Sequence record: OR352940.1
DNA: 64,000 nt
Source of the DNA: Escherichia phage AV110
Strand: one strand, 5' to 3'
The position numbers and the translations under genes are program-made. Of the stretch, positions 27,568-36,035 are shown in pieces; the stretch's first letter is position 1, and each line of letters opens with the position of its first letter. The notes under the pieces were generated by a model. That model did no database searches. It worked only from the letters and a program-made list of their open reading frames with translations, and was not told the origin of the DNA.

Positions 27568-27876
27568 TCAATTAGAAAATAAATTTATCCAAGTTTTTTC
27601 TTTAATCAAAAATGGGACGGAATTAAACGCCATTAAACTTTGAGTGATTAATCCCTTAAACGGCCCATCAATAAATTCCATTTTGAAATGCGGAATACTA
27701 GTCATCAACCGTGCATTAGGAGCAGTACAAAGAACCTGCTGACCTGCGAACGGGCCTTTAGTCAAACGATATCGTTTAGGTTTAAAATGGTAGATCTCGT
27801 AATTTTCTACAAGAGCCCTTTTATTGCATACTGGACTGTTATAACAATATTCAAAAACTTCAATAGTGGTCATCAT
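27568..27876 (-). CDS. Hypothetical protein coupled to the upstream P-loop NTPase
   Basis: ORF track 27568..27939 trimmed to MMTTIEVF; ATGATGA start/stop overlap with the NTPase gene. Confidence 0.5.
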   Translation of the reverse strand: MMTTIEVFEYCYNSPVCNKRALVENYEIYHFKPKRYRLTKGPFAGQQVLCTAPNARLMTSIPHFKMEFIDGPFKGLITQSLMAFNSVPFLIKEKTWINLFSN

Positions 27877-28412
27877 TGCATTCCAATCACAAAAAATTGA
27901 GGACGAGCAATACCGCCGCTGCAATATTTGCTTTTGCAACAGTGTTGGACTGTTTTGATATGGATGTCGTAAATCTTATCCATATCAGGAGCTTTAATAG
28001 GCTCGTCAATTATGTACAGAATACGAGAAAGCGTTAATCCACGGAATTTATATCCTTCATTACCAATAAAACTACGGACAGAATCAGTAAATAAACGGAA
28101 TCGAATATCATCGCTAGAATAACGAGAAAATTCTTTTTCAATGTTGCCAGCAGAAATTTTAGAATAAGCTGAAGTATTAGAAAGAACAATAACTGTTCCA
28201 CCGTCATACAGCCAATTAACAGCAAAATTAGTTACTGCGGTCGATTTACCTGATTGTCTGCCGCCGTCTAAACGAAGTGTACAGTACTGCTTGAGTACGT
28301 CTTCAAATGGTGGGGCATAACCGTTCTTACAAATTTCTTCTACTCTAGCATCAGAATGGTGTGTAAAAGCATTCATCAGGGATAGATAAGGTCCAGTTAA
28401 AAATGTTCTCAT
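27873..28412 (-). CDS. Small P-loop NTPase (Walker A GGRQSGKST, Walker B ILYIIDEP), function unknown
   Basis: 179-aa ORF; motifs read from the translation. Confidence 0.55.
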   Translation of the reverse strand: MRTFLTGPYLSLMNAFTHHSDARVEEICKNGYAPPFEDVLKQYCTLRLDGGRQSGKSTAVTNFAVNWLYDGGTVIVLSNTSAYSKISAGNIEKEFSRYSSDDIRFRLFTDSVRSFIGNEGYKFRGLTLSRILYIIDEPIKAPDMDKIYDIHIKTVQHCCKSKYCSGGIARPQFFVIGMQ

Positions 28413-28439
28413 ATTATTTCTCTTAAGGTTGGGGCCATT

Positions 28440-28684
28440 CCATGGCGCATGAATTGTCCATTTCTGTATTTACCCATTACCGCACTTGGGCTCGACCTTA
28501 TTACAGGTTGGCGGGAATCCCTCATAGAATCATGAGGTCCAGGTTGTTCCCATTTTATTTGAATGTAAATATTTTTGCCACGCGTTTACGAATTATACCA
28601 AAAAACACGTGGCAATTCACAGTATTCGGCGATTAAATGTTGATCAGCAAATTTAGATACTAAAGTCAAATTAATATAAGTCAT
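28440..28684 (-). pseudogene. Degraded partial copy of denV (N-terminal 32 codons in frame, then frameshifts and deletion)
   Basis: Hand translation [32 protein letters not shown] vs intact Den[29 protein letters not shown]; DNA alignment continues past the stop. Confidence 0.6.
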
Positions 28685-28740
28685 TTACCCATCCAAGTAA
28701 TTATGAATATACTATCACAATTCTAGGAGAAAGTAAACTG

Positions 28741-29043
28741 TTATTTACCTTTAATTACTTTAGCTGCTTCGATAGCCGCTTGCTGAAGGTCATCCATAGA
28801 CATACCGAATTTAGAAGCAAAGTTATCAATTTTCTTTTCGACAGCATTCAAAGGCTTGGCCTGTTTACCTTCATTAGCGCCAGGAAGAGCGAGAATACGC
28901 TCTTTGTCAATATAAAGGCTTACAAGTTTCTTACGGTCTTTATCGGACAAATCATGAAATGAATGGGCCTTTTTATTTATAGCGGCTTCTAATTTACCTG
29001 CACTCACTCGAGCTTCAGTAATAAATTCTTGATATGTTTTCAT
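28741..29043 (-). CDS. ipII: Internal protein II (capsid-targeted, MKTYQEF signal)
   Basis: 100-aa ORF matching remembered T4 IPII along its length. Confidence 0.8.
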   Translation of the reverse strand: MKTYQEFITEARVSAGKLEAAINKKAHSFHDLSDKDRKKLVSLYIDKERILALPGANEGKQAKPLNAVEKKIDNFASKFGMSMDDLQQAAIEAAKVIKGK

Positions 29044-29069
29044 TTTTGTTCCTATTGTTTTAATTTATG

Positions 29070-29384
29070 TTATTCTTTAGGGAAGTTTTTAGAGTATGCG
29101 TCATAAAGTTTATTACCGATGCGACGGAAAACTTTAGCTGCAAAACGGTTTTCAGGGTTTTTAATCATGATTTGCATCATGTAAGTTCCTGCATCCGAAA
29201 GAGCTTCTTCATAGTACCCATTAATTTCTTTAAGAGTCCTACGTTTACCACCAGGACCATCGACAGTAATTTTCCATTTACCTGTAGAAGTGCGGCTCGG
29301 TGGCTCAACTTGTTCAATCCAAATATAACCACCTTCAACGCGTTGGTTGGCGGATTCTGCAATAAATTCTTTATACGTTTTCAT
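29070..29384 (-). CDS. Internal protein with capsid-targeting signal (MKTYKEFIAE)
   Basis: 104-aa ORF; N-terminal 10 aa is the T4 capsid-targeting sequence, body unrelated to IPII. Confidence 0.65.
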   Translation of the reverse strand: MKTYKEFIAESANQRVEGGYIWIEQVEPPSRTSTGKWKITVDGPGGKRRTLKEINGYYEEALSDAGTYMMQIMIKNPENRFAAKVFRRIGNKLYDAYSKNFPKE

Positions 29385-29447
29385 TTTTGTTTCCTTGTTT
29401 GTTTTGATAGAGTAATTATACCATATTAATACTTAAGCGTAAACAAT

Positions 29448-29708
29448 TTAAGCTTTACCGCCAGAAATAATTCCGAAGTTGTTAAAATCGTATCCAATAT
29501 CGTCAACATCTACTTTAGGACTTGCTACAACATAAGCAATTTCACTACGTTTTGCATAGGTGTTGATTTCTTTACCATCGCCACCTAAGAAAGAATACCC
29601 ATTACGTTTTAATGAGCCAAAGTCTTCCGCATCACCAATGAAAGCTTTAACTTTAAATTTAGGACCTTTGGCATCTGCTTCAGCGATAAATTCTTGATAC
29701 ATTTTCAT
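29448..29708 (-). CDS. Internal protein with capsid-targeting signal (MKMYQEFIAE)
   Basis: 86-aa ORF with the same N-terminal signal. Confidence 0.65.
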   Translation of the reverse strand: MKMYQEFIAEADAKGPKFKVKAFIGDAEDFGSLKRNGYSFLGGDGKEINTYAKRSEIAYVVASPKVDVDDIGYDFNNFGIISGGKA

Positions 29709-29714
29709 TTTTCC

Positions 29715-30128
29715 TTAGTAAATTGATTTACCATAGTATTTGTACCAAGTCGGACGTTGAGCAATTTTTTCATCTAAGCGTGCTTGACTTATCGCAATGG
29801 ACGCTTCGGACGGGACATAATTATTACGAAATTCGGCAGGGATGTCGGAAATATCCTGGACAGTCGTGTCCTTGATTTTGAAACCACGTTTCAAGCATTC
29901 AGCGATTAGCTCGATTTGTCGTAAACGTAAAAATTCGAGTTTGTCGTAAAAGAATGTTACGTGACCTGTGCCTAAGATAAATGTTGGAGAGATTTTAAAA
30001 TCCTTTACACGTTTACCGTTTTGAACATGTTTACGGACTGCACCAAATACGCGTGGTAATTCACGATACTCAGCCATAAGATGTTGGTCGGCCAGTTCAG
30101 AAACAAGTGTTAAATTGATACGGGTCAT
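29715..30128 (-). CDS. denV: Endonuclease V (pyrimidine-dimer DNA glycosylase) DenV
   Basis: ORF track 29715..30140; start at MTRINLTLV (30128); matches remembered T4 DenV throughout. Confidence 0.92.
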   Translation of the reverse strand: MTRINLTLVSELADQHLMAEYRELPRVFGAVRKHVQNGKRVKDFKISPTFILGTGHVTFFYDKLEFLRLRQIELIAECLKRGFKIKDTTVQDISDIPAEFRNNYVPSEASIAISQARLDEKIAQRPTWYKYYGKSIY

Positions 30129-30186
30129 AATTTCCTCCAAGTAGTTGATGAATGTATAGTATCAAAACCCTTGGAGGAAGTAAACA
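30129..30186 (-). promoter_or_regulatory. PeSL-type early promoter upstream of denV (arms TTCCTCCAAG/CTTGGAGGAA)
   Basis: Minus-strand reading GTTTACttcctccaagggttttgatactatacattcatcaactacttggaggaaattATG. Confidence 0.6.
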
Positions 30187-30468
30187 CTATTTTTCTGAAG
30201 CGCCTGAAATATATTTTTCAAGACGTTGTTTCATTAGCGAGCCGTTCTTAGCGATTTCTTCCGGTTTATCGCACATACGCAACAAGGCTTCAAGCTTAGC
30301 GATATCGCTGGTACGTTCAAATTTGCGAGTATCTATCTTACTAGCAAGTTCAGAAATACGTGCTAATAGACTTTCGGCTTCAACCAAAGCTGCACCTAGC
30401 TTAGTTGCAAATGTGTCAGTAGCTTCGTTAAGAATAGATTCTGATAAAAATTCACTATATGTTTTCAT
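30187..30468 (-). CDS. Internal-protein-like small protein ([11 protein letters not shown]-terminus)
   Basis: ORF track 30187..30483 trimmed to the MKTY start at 30468. Confidence 0.55.
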   Translation of the reverse strand: MKTYSEFLSESILNEATDTFATKLGAALVEAESLLARISELASKIDTRKFERTSDIAKLEALLRMCDKPEEIAKNGSLMKQRLEKYISGASEK

Positions 30469-30953
30469 ATATACGCTTTCCAAGTTCCTGTTTTAAATGT
30501 TGAGATTACTCGTTTCGCGCGATTAGGTGTCTGACGATACCATTTAGATTGGGCTAGATTTACTGCCGCTTCATCCCAACGTTTCTGTTGAAGCATACGA
30601 AGAGAATTAGTAAAACCGGCGACGCCTGCTACACCCATTTGGAAGACCATATTGACCAATGCACAACGACGAACTGCATCTAAAGAATCATACACCGGTT
30701 TAAGTTTAGCATTACCCAAGATTCCGCGAACGGCTTTATCAACGTCTTCATTAAATAGCTTTTCAGCCTCATCAAGGGTAATTGTACCGTTGCATTTACG
30801 GCCGATCATTCTGTCAAGTTCAGCTTTAGCTACGGCTAAAGACGGGTTCTTTGTTACTAAATGGCCAATGCCAATCGTCCAAAAGCCTTCAGTGTCTTTG
30901 TATAAAGTCAGTCTAAGACCTTCGTCATTACGAAGCATTTCAAATATATTCAT
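30465..30953 (-). CDS. e: Endolysin (T4 lysozyme e)
   Basis: ORF track 30465..30965; start at MNIFEML (30953); catalytic E11/D20/T26 context conserved. Confidence 0.95.
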   Translation of the reverse strand: MNIFEMLRNDEGLRLTLYKDTEGFWTIGIGHLVTKNPSLAVAKAELDRMIGRKCNGTITLDEAEKLFNEDVDKAVRGILGNAKLKPVYDSLDAVRRCALVNMVFQMGVAGVAGFTNSLRMLQQKRWDEAAVNLAQSKWYRQTPNRAKRVISTFKTGTWKAYI

Positions 30954-30987
30954 AATACCTCCCACGTTTATAGGAGGTATTTATTAC

Positions 30988-31446
30988 TTATAGGAGTTTA
31001 GTGAGCACCTTATATAATGATTTGCCCATTACATATTCCCATTGAGAAGGTTTAATTAAAGCGAATGCATCAAATTCAGGAATCTGTCGTCCGTCCGGGA
31101 ATGTATGATAGGAATTACAAACACTGTTTCTGAATTGCTCGTGCTCTACAGGGATGGTATATTGGAACAGATGAATATTCTTATTGTCTGAGTAATGATG
31201 TTCGCCTAGGTCTTTCAGGAAGGCAGGGTCATATTGTGTAAACCCAGTTTCTTCTTCGCATTCACGAATAGCGGCTTCGATAGGAGATTCGCCAGGTTCG
31301 ACACGGCCTTTAGGAATATCCCACCGATGAGCTAATGCACCTTTAGGACGAGAACCAGTTACACGCCCCATGAATAATTCTTTATCTTCGGTAAGGAAAA
31401 TAATACCGGCTGATAGTTCTTTCACTTTATTTTTCTTACTCATCAT
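30988..31446 (-). CDS. nudE: Nudix hydrolase NudE
   Basis: 152-aa ORF; Nudix box GRVEPGESPIEAAIRECEEETG. Confidence 0.85.
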   Translation of the reverse strand: MMSKKNKVKELSAGIIFLTEDKELFMGRVTGSRPKGALAHRWDIPKGRVEPGESPIEAAIRECEEETGFTQYDPAFLKDLGEHHYSDNKNIHLFQYTIPVEHEQFRNSVCNSYHTFPDGRQIPEFDAFALIKPSQWEYVMGKSLYKVLTKLL

Positions 31447-31672
31447 CTCGGTCCCATGATTTGGCCATTAATTCGGACATAAATTCTTCAATGCGCGTTT
31501 CTTTAGATGGACTTTCACTATTAGAGACCGCAAGTTTGTAATCTGCAATAGGACAGAACATATCAAGGTCCATATTAAGGACGTCTTTGATTTTTTCTTC
31601 TGACACATCTTTATCGTATGTGTACAGATAACTATCACATGATTCTGATTTAATGTAAATTGCTATACTCAT
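31436..31672 (-). CDS. Hypothetical acidic protein
   Basis: ORF track 31436..31687 trimmed to MSIAIYIK; ATGA overlap with upstream gene. Confidence 0.45.
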   Translation of the reverse strand: MSIAIYIKSESCDSYLYTYDKDVSEEKIKDVLNMDLDMFCPIADYKLAVSNSESPSKETRIEEFMSELMAKSWDRDDE

Positions 31673-32160
31673 CTCAAATTCCTGCATTCGGTAATAAAAC
31701 GTTCAACTTCATTATTCTTGGCTTTTATCTTGTCTTTATGTTCTTGTAAACTACTTTTAATAAGATTAATAATGATGGCGGCGGTACCGCCGCCAATGAT
31801 GCCACCAACAACACTTATTATACTAGATGCTAATAAGATAGCAATAATATCAACAAAACCGAAAGAACTCACCTTAGTACTAAAAAACCATACCGACGGT
31901 ACAAATATAATCCATCCTGTTATCCATTGGCACTTATTGAAAAACTTTTCAAGCTCAGCTTGAGTTGTTCGTATTACTTCATCGATAGGTTGATATCCAT
32001 TAATGTATCTGTTCACAATAATACCTGCTGGCTGGTCGATTTTAAATTCTTGGCAAATATGTTTCACTAAGTAGAATGGACAGGATGTCCATTCTACTGA
32101 ATAGTATGAAATACCTTCGTTGCCATCGTCTATATTAGACCAATATGTTTTGTTAATCAT
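31669..32160 (-). CDS. Hypothetical membrane protein with C-terminal ..RFITECRNLR tail
   Basis: 163-aa ORF; hydrophobic segments in the C-terminal half. Confidence 0.5.
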   Translation of the reverse strand: MINKTYWSNIDDGNEGISYYSVEWTSCPFYLVKHICQEFKIDQPAGIIVNRYINGYQPIDEVIRTTQAELEKFFNKCQWITGWIIFVPSVWFFSTKVSSFGFVDIIAILLASSIISVVGGIIGGGTAAIIINLIKSSLQEHKDKIKAKNNEVERFITECRNLR

Positions 32161-32846
32161 TACCAGCCTTCCATAGGGAATTCCAGATAAACTTGGGCAT
32201 TGACACGAATTTCATTGGTAATCTTTTTAACTCGGTCTGTATTACGAGATACACGTCCGAACCAACGCCATCCATTACTAATTGCACGAGAACCAGTGTG
32301 CCATGTTTGCCAATCAAACTGAAGAAGAGTACGATCTGGAGCTTCCCATTTCTCTAGTTCACCTTTTTCGATTTTTTCGAGGACTTCTTTGTGCCACTGG
32401 CGATAGATAAGTTCGCCATCAGGAATCTGACTGAACTCTGCAGTTCCTGTTGCAAAATGAGTAGGACACACATCAGCGTTAACAAGACCAAGAATGTGTT
32501 CAGACAAATAGCGAGGATTGTCATAGTCAGGTTGTCCTGCAGTAATAAAGTGTTGACCAACTGGAATATCCGGGCGTGGTACATCGTCATGGTGATAACC
32601 TGGGATAGCAGGGTACCAACCAGGCATCAGCATGTGGACTCGTGAATCAAATACAACCTGGTCGGTGTTCCAATCATCTGGCAAGTTCATGATGAAGCTG
32701 CGAGTAATAGGACCGCCGTTATTATAAGCAAATTCTAAACTACAGTTGAAGAACATAGGTTCGTTTTTAATCTGGTCGTTTTTAATCGCATGAGCAAAAC
32801 CACCTACTGCACGAGCTTGACTATTAAACACTTTAGAACTATTCAT
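32160..32846 (-). CDS. Hypothetical protein (weak HxD..H..RxS pattern)
   Basis: 228-aa ORF; motif assignment speculative. Confidence 0.5.
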   Translation of the reverse strand: MNSSKVFNSQARAVGGFAHAIKNDQIKNEPMFFNCSLEFAYNNGGPITRSFIMNLPDDWNTDQVVFDSRVHMLMPGWYPAIPGYHHDDVPRPDIPVGQHFITAGQPDYDNPRYLSEHILGLVNADVCPTHFATGTAEFSQIPDGELIYRQWHKEVLEKIEKGELEKWEAPDRTLLQFDWQTWHTGSRAISNGWRWFGRVSRNTDRVKKITNEIRVNAQVYLEFPMEGW

Positions 32847-32847
32847 A

Positions 32848-33153
32848 TTATTTTCCTCGACATTCTTTAATGAAATTTTCTAGATTGGTAGATTCAATAG
32901 CTTTTTTACGAGCTTCTGCGTGTTCTTCTTCGGACAATTTACGTTTATAATTGACCCAGACATTATTGTCGAAACCAGACGTGGCATATAATAACAAAGC
33001 TCCAACGAATAGCAAAAATGGTGATAAAAATATACAACCAGGAACACCATCCATACTGTAAGCCTTTTGTAATACTGCAACAGAAAGAGTTGCGTAAAAA
33101 GGTGATGCAAGTATTGTTAAAAGACCAATTCGATTGGTTTCTGTTAATTTCAT
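32848..33153 (-). CDS. Hypothetical membrane protein with C-terminal ..ENFIKECRGK tail
   Basis: 101-aa ORF with two hydrophobic segments. Confidence 0.5.
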   Translation of the reverse strand: MKLTETNRIGLLTILASPFYATLSVAVLQKAYSMDGVPGCIFLSPFLLFVGALLLYATSGFDNNVWVNYKRKLSEEEHAEARKKAIESTNLENFIKECRGK

Positions 33154-33173
33154 AATATTCTCCTCATGTTTTA

Positions 33174-33211
33174 ATAGGACTACTATAACATAGTCCTATA
33201 ATTGTGTAAAC
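33174..33211 (-). promoter_or_regulatory. PeSL-type early promoter (ATAGGACT/AGTCCTAT arms)
   Basis: Plus-strand ataggactactataacatagtcctataattgtgtaaac. Confidence 0.55.
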
Positions 33212-33223
33212 AGTTTTGTGAAG

Positions 33224-34180
33224 TTATTTGAAAGGTTTTACCATATGGAAATTTTGTTTGAAACGTTTTACGTAATCGTCATGTCCTAAGCTTTGGTACA
33301 TACTTACAACTTTGCTGTAGTTTTCCCAGGCGTATTCACGGAACCAACCGGAGGTGATGCTTGTGCAGACTTTTTCTAATGCCATCATGAAACTGGCTTC
33401 AGGGTTAATTTTAAAGTCATTAGGAATCTGAGAACGTTCTAATGCTAGTACACATGATTCTTCATATACACCGGCCAATTTGACCATTTCTGGTAACGAT
33501 TCGAACTTCTCGCGTGAGGTCATGACTTCAGAACCGTCTTTCATATAAAATGTATACGCTGGGCGGTCTGTTAGCGCAATGGCTTCGTGAATAGTATCAT
33601 GGTCATATGTATAGATGTCATCTTTAAAGAACGCACTTTTAGAAGTGTCAAGAACTGGGTGAGCATAGTTCAAGGTTTCTTTCTGGCGTTTCAGCATAAT
33701 TTCAGTAAGTTCATCGTTCAGTGTAACACCTTTACCACGAAGATACTGAATATGGTTCATAGTCTTTAAAAAGAATGGATTATTTTTCTTGAAACGATGA
33801 GACATCTTAATTGCAAGACATATCTCAGGAGTTGCCCAGTAAAACCCGTTCAAACGGTCTTTAGACAAATTTTTCTCGGCGTATTTTAAAAGGTCATAAG
33901 AAGACGTGAAATCTTCAGGAGTGAGTTCACCGACTAATTCACGGACATTAGTGATTGCCGGAACAATATATGCTTCAAAATGAGTTTCGCGTCCATTATG
34001 GAAGCATTTGAAAACTTGGACATCAGGGTTATCTTGGTGAACATATACACCCATCATTTGATTTTTGAATGCATTCCAAGAACATTGGTCCGCAATAAAG
34101 TCCCAATCACTATTTTTGATAGCGCTAGAATCAATAAGACCGTGATAGTGAAGCGCACGAGAACCAATAACTAACATCAT
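33224..34180 (-). CDS. Hypothetical protein with possible nucleotidyltransferase-like N-terminus (GS..DWD)
   Basis: 318-aa ORF; N-terminal VIGSRALHYHGLIDSSAIKNSDWDF loosely fits the NTase pattern. Confidence 0.45.
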   Translation of the reverse strand: MMLVIGSRALHYHGLIDSSAIKNSDWDFIADQCSWNAFKNQMMGVYVHQDNPDVQVFKCFHNGRETHFEAYIVPAITNVRELVGELTPEDFTSSYDLLKYAEKNLSKDRLNGFYWATPEICLAIKMSHRFKKNNPFFLKTMNHIQYLRGKGVTLNDELTEIMLKRQKETLNYAHPVLDTSKSAFFKDDIYTYDHDTIHEAIALTDRPAYTFYMKDGSEVMTSREKFESLPEMVKLAGVYEESCVLALERSQIPNDFKINPEASFMMALEKVCTSITSGWFREYAWENYSKVVSMYQSLGHDDYVKRFKQNFHMVKPFK

Positions 34181-34208
34181 AATATTTTCCTCGGATTAAT
34201 TCATTAAC

Positions 34209-34460
34209 TTAAATTTCACGACATGCGATATCATATTCATCCCAGAGGTCGTCATGTGAAGCCTCTACCAATGGAACGATTGTACCGTTTATGTCTTCAT
34301 TATAAGGACAAATTGTACAGTGCGCATCTTCGAATCGGATGCCTTTGTGTTCAGATTTTTTATAACGCATATCGAATATCTTTGCAAACTTTTCACGAGT
34401 AATAGTTTTAGCAACTACTTCGGTTCCGATACTTTCGTAATAAATCATTGTGGACTCCAT
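34209..34460 (-). CDS. Hypothetical protein
   Basis: 83-aa ORF. Confidence 0.45.
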   Translation of the reverse strand: MESTMIYYESIGTEVVAKTITREKFAKIFDMRYKKSEHKGIRFEDAHCTICPYNEDINGTIVPLVEASHDDLWDEYDIACREI

Positions 34461-34468
34461 TTGTTTTG

Positions 34469-34506
34469 ATAGGACTACTATAACATAGCCCTATCTTGTT
34501 GTAAAC
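34469..34506 (-). promoter_or_regulatory. PeSL-type early promoter
   Basis: Plus-strand gataggactactataacatagccctatcttgttgtaaac. Confidence 0.55.
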
Positions 34507-34510
34507 TGTT

Positions 34511-34708
34511 TTAGCAAGAATAACTAGATGATACCCAGCCTTGAACAGTGATACTATTGTGGGATAATGAGATCGCGTCCTGGATATTCAGACCTGCGTT
34601 ATCTTCAATCCATAATGTAACTTCTTCGCGTTCTTCTGTTGCAATTTGGAACAGGTTTTCCAGGGCAGCTACTGCCGTACGTACAGCACAATCTAATTCA
34701 CGAGACAT
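34511..34708 (-). CDS. Small protein, WVSSS..C-tail family member 1
   Basis: 65-aa ORF ending GWVSSSYSC. Confidence 0.45.
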   Translation of the reverse strand: MSRELDCAVRTAVAALENLFQIATEEREEVTLWIEDNAGLNIQDAISLSHNSITVQGWVSSSYSC

Positions 34709-34717
34709 ATTGTTTCC

Positions 34718-34990
34718 TTAGCAAGTGTGAGAAGATGCAACCCAACCACCAGTTTCGAGGCTCAGGTTGTAGTCGTATTGGTAAACGTCAGCCCATTCAG
34801 CATAGCCATTTTTTGTACAACGTTCAAGATCGGCTTTAAGATGTCCGGGTGAATGATAGGTTCCACCCATACCATAAGCTGGGTACAAGTTGAATGTTGT
34901 GTTTTGTTTATCAGCAATTTCTTTGGCAGCCTCAATAGCTGCATAGATTTTTGCTACAGCTTCAGCCAGTTCGGTTTGTTCTTTAGACAT
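34718..34990 (-). CDS. Small protein, WVSSS..C-tail family member 2
   Basis: 90-aa ORF ending GGWVASSHTC. Confidence 0.5.
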   Translation of the reverse strand: MSKEQTELAEAVAKIYAAIEAAKEIADKQNTTFNLYPAYGMGGTYHSPGHLKADLERCTKNGYAEWADVYQYDYNLSLETGGWVASSHTC

Positions 34991-34999
34991 AATGATTCC

Positions 35000-35305
35000 T
35001 TAGCACAACGCAGAAGACGAAACCCAAGCACCTTCAGTAATAACGTATCCATTACCTTCACGCTTAACATCGCCGCCATTATTTTCAATTTCATCTTTCA
35101 TCCACTGGGATACGATTTCACCCTTAGGATAATAAGTACGACCGCTACCATAATCACCTACAGAAAATGATACGGCATATTGGTCTGCGATCTTTGTTGC
35201 TTCTTCTTCGATACGTTCAGCTTGATTCAGAAGTTTATAAATTGCATCTGAAGCGGATTTGGCATCATTAAACTCTGGTACTTTAATTTCAATAATCTTA
35301 CTCAT
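35000..35305 (-). CDS. Small protein, WVSSS..C-tail family member 3
   Basis: 101-aa ORF ending GAWVSSSALC; central region homologous to member 2. Confidence 0.5.
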   Translation of the reverse strand: MSKIIEIKVPEFNDAKSASDAIYKLLNQAERIEEEATKIADQYAVSFSVGDYGSGRTYYPKGEIVSQWMKDEIENNGGDVKREGNGYVITEGAWVSSSALC

Positions 35306-35661
35306 TTTCTACATTCCTTAATAAAGTTTTCGATTGTTTCATTTTCACGTCTAGCTAGGAGTTCATTATAACTAATCATTTGAGAAGCGTAAACCTTTTT
35401 ATTTTTCTTGTTGTGGTTTATAAAACCGTAGTAAAAATAGACTACAGTACAAAATGATGCGATGGATGCAAAGGCTTGGGTATACCGTAAGTCCTGCCAT
35501 TGGTCTGTGAATCCACCAGTGTTCCCTATAAATCCTAACACAACGCCGTCAATAAGAAATCCAACTAATCCAAAGGCAAATCCCATGCCAATACTCATAA
35601 TAAAAATTAGAATGTTCTCACCAAGAGAAGGCCATACGGTTAAGAGTTGTGGCTTTTGCAT
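35302..35661 (-). CDS. Hypothetical membrane protein with C-terminal ..ENFIKECRK tail
   Basis: 119-aa ORF with hydrophobic segments. Confidence 0.5.
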   Translation of the reverse strand: MQKPQLLTVWPSLGENILIFIMSIGMGFAFGLVGFLIDGVVLGFIGNTGGFTDQWQDLRYTQAFASIASFCTVVYFYYGFINHNKKNKKVYASQMISYNELLARRENETIENFIKECRK

Positions 35662-36035
35662 CTTATCTCCTTAACGAATTCCATAGCTTCTTCATATTCA
35701 TACTTTTTAACAGCTTCATCATACTGAGCTTGGGCTTTTGCGCACTGAACTTTCCACTCACGAACTCGAGCTCTGTGATGACGGCCTTGGTGCCAATATC
35801 CTACCCAATTAATAGGCATTAATAAAAACGGTACAATAAGTGGTGCGACGAACATTAATGAAAACGCTGCATCGGACGATATAACTTTATTGGAATCTAA
35901 AACAGCTCCTATAATCATAAAGATTAAAAATGCTAAAGCTAAAATAGGGCCAAATAGTACTTCGTTTGGGATTAATTTACGTTTGTATTCGTATGCCCAG
36001 GGCTTACTTGGCATGTATAGGGTTGGCTTTGACAT
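35640..36035 (-). CDS. Hypothetical membrane protein
   Basis: ORF track 35640..36065 trimmed to MSKPTLYMP at 36035. Confidence 0.45.
   Translation of the reverse strand: MSKPTLYMPSKPWAYEYKRKLIPNEVLFGPILALAFLIFMIIGAVLDSNKVISSDAAFSLMFVAPLIVPFLLMPINWVGYWHQGRHHRARVREWKVQCAKAQAQYDEAVKKYEYEEAMEFVKEIRCKSHNS

Noticed and set aside
28442-28636. Plus-strand 64-aa ORF within the denV remnant region
   Set aside because: It is opposite to the recognisable denV-derived reading frame and has no ribosome-binding site.
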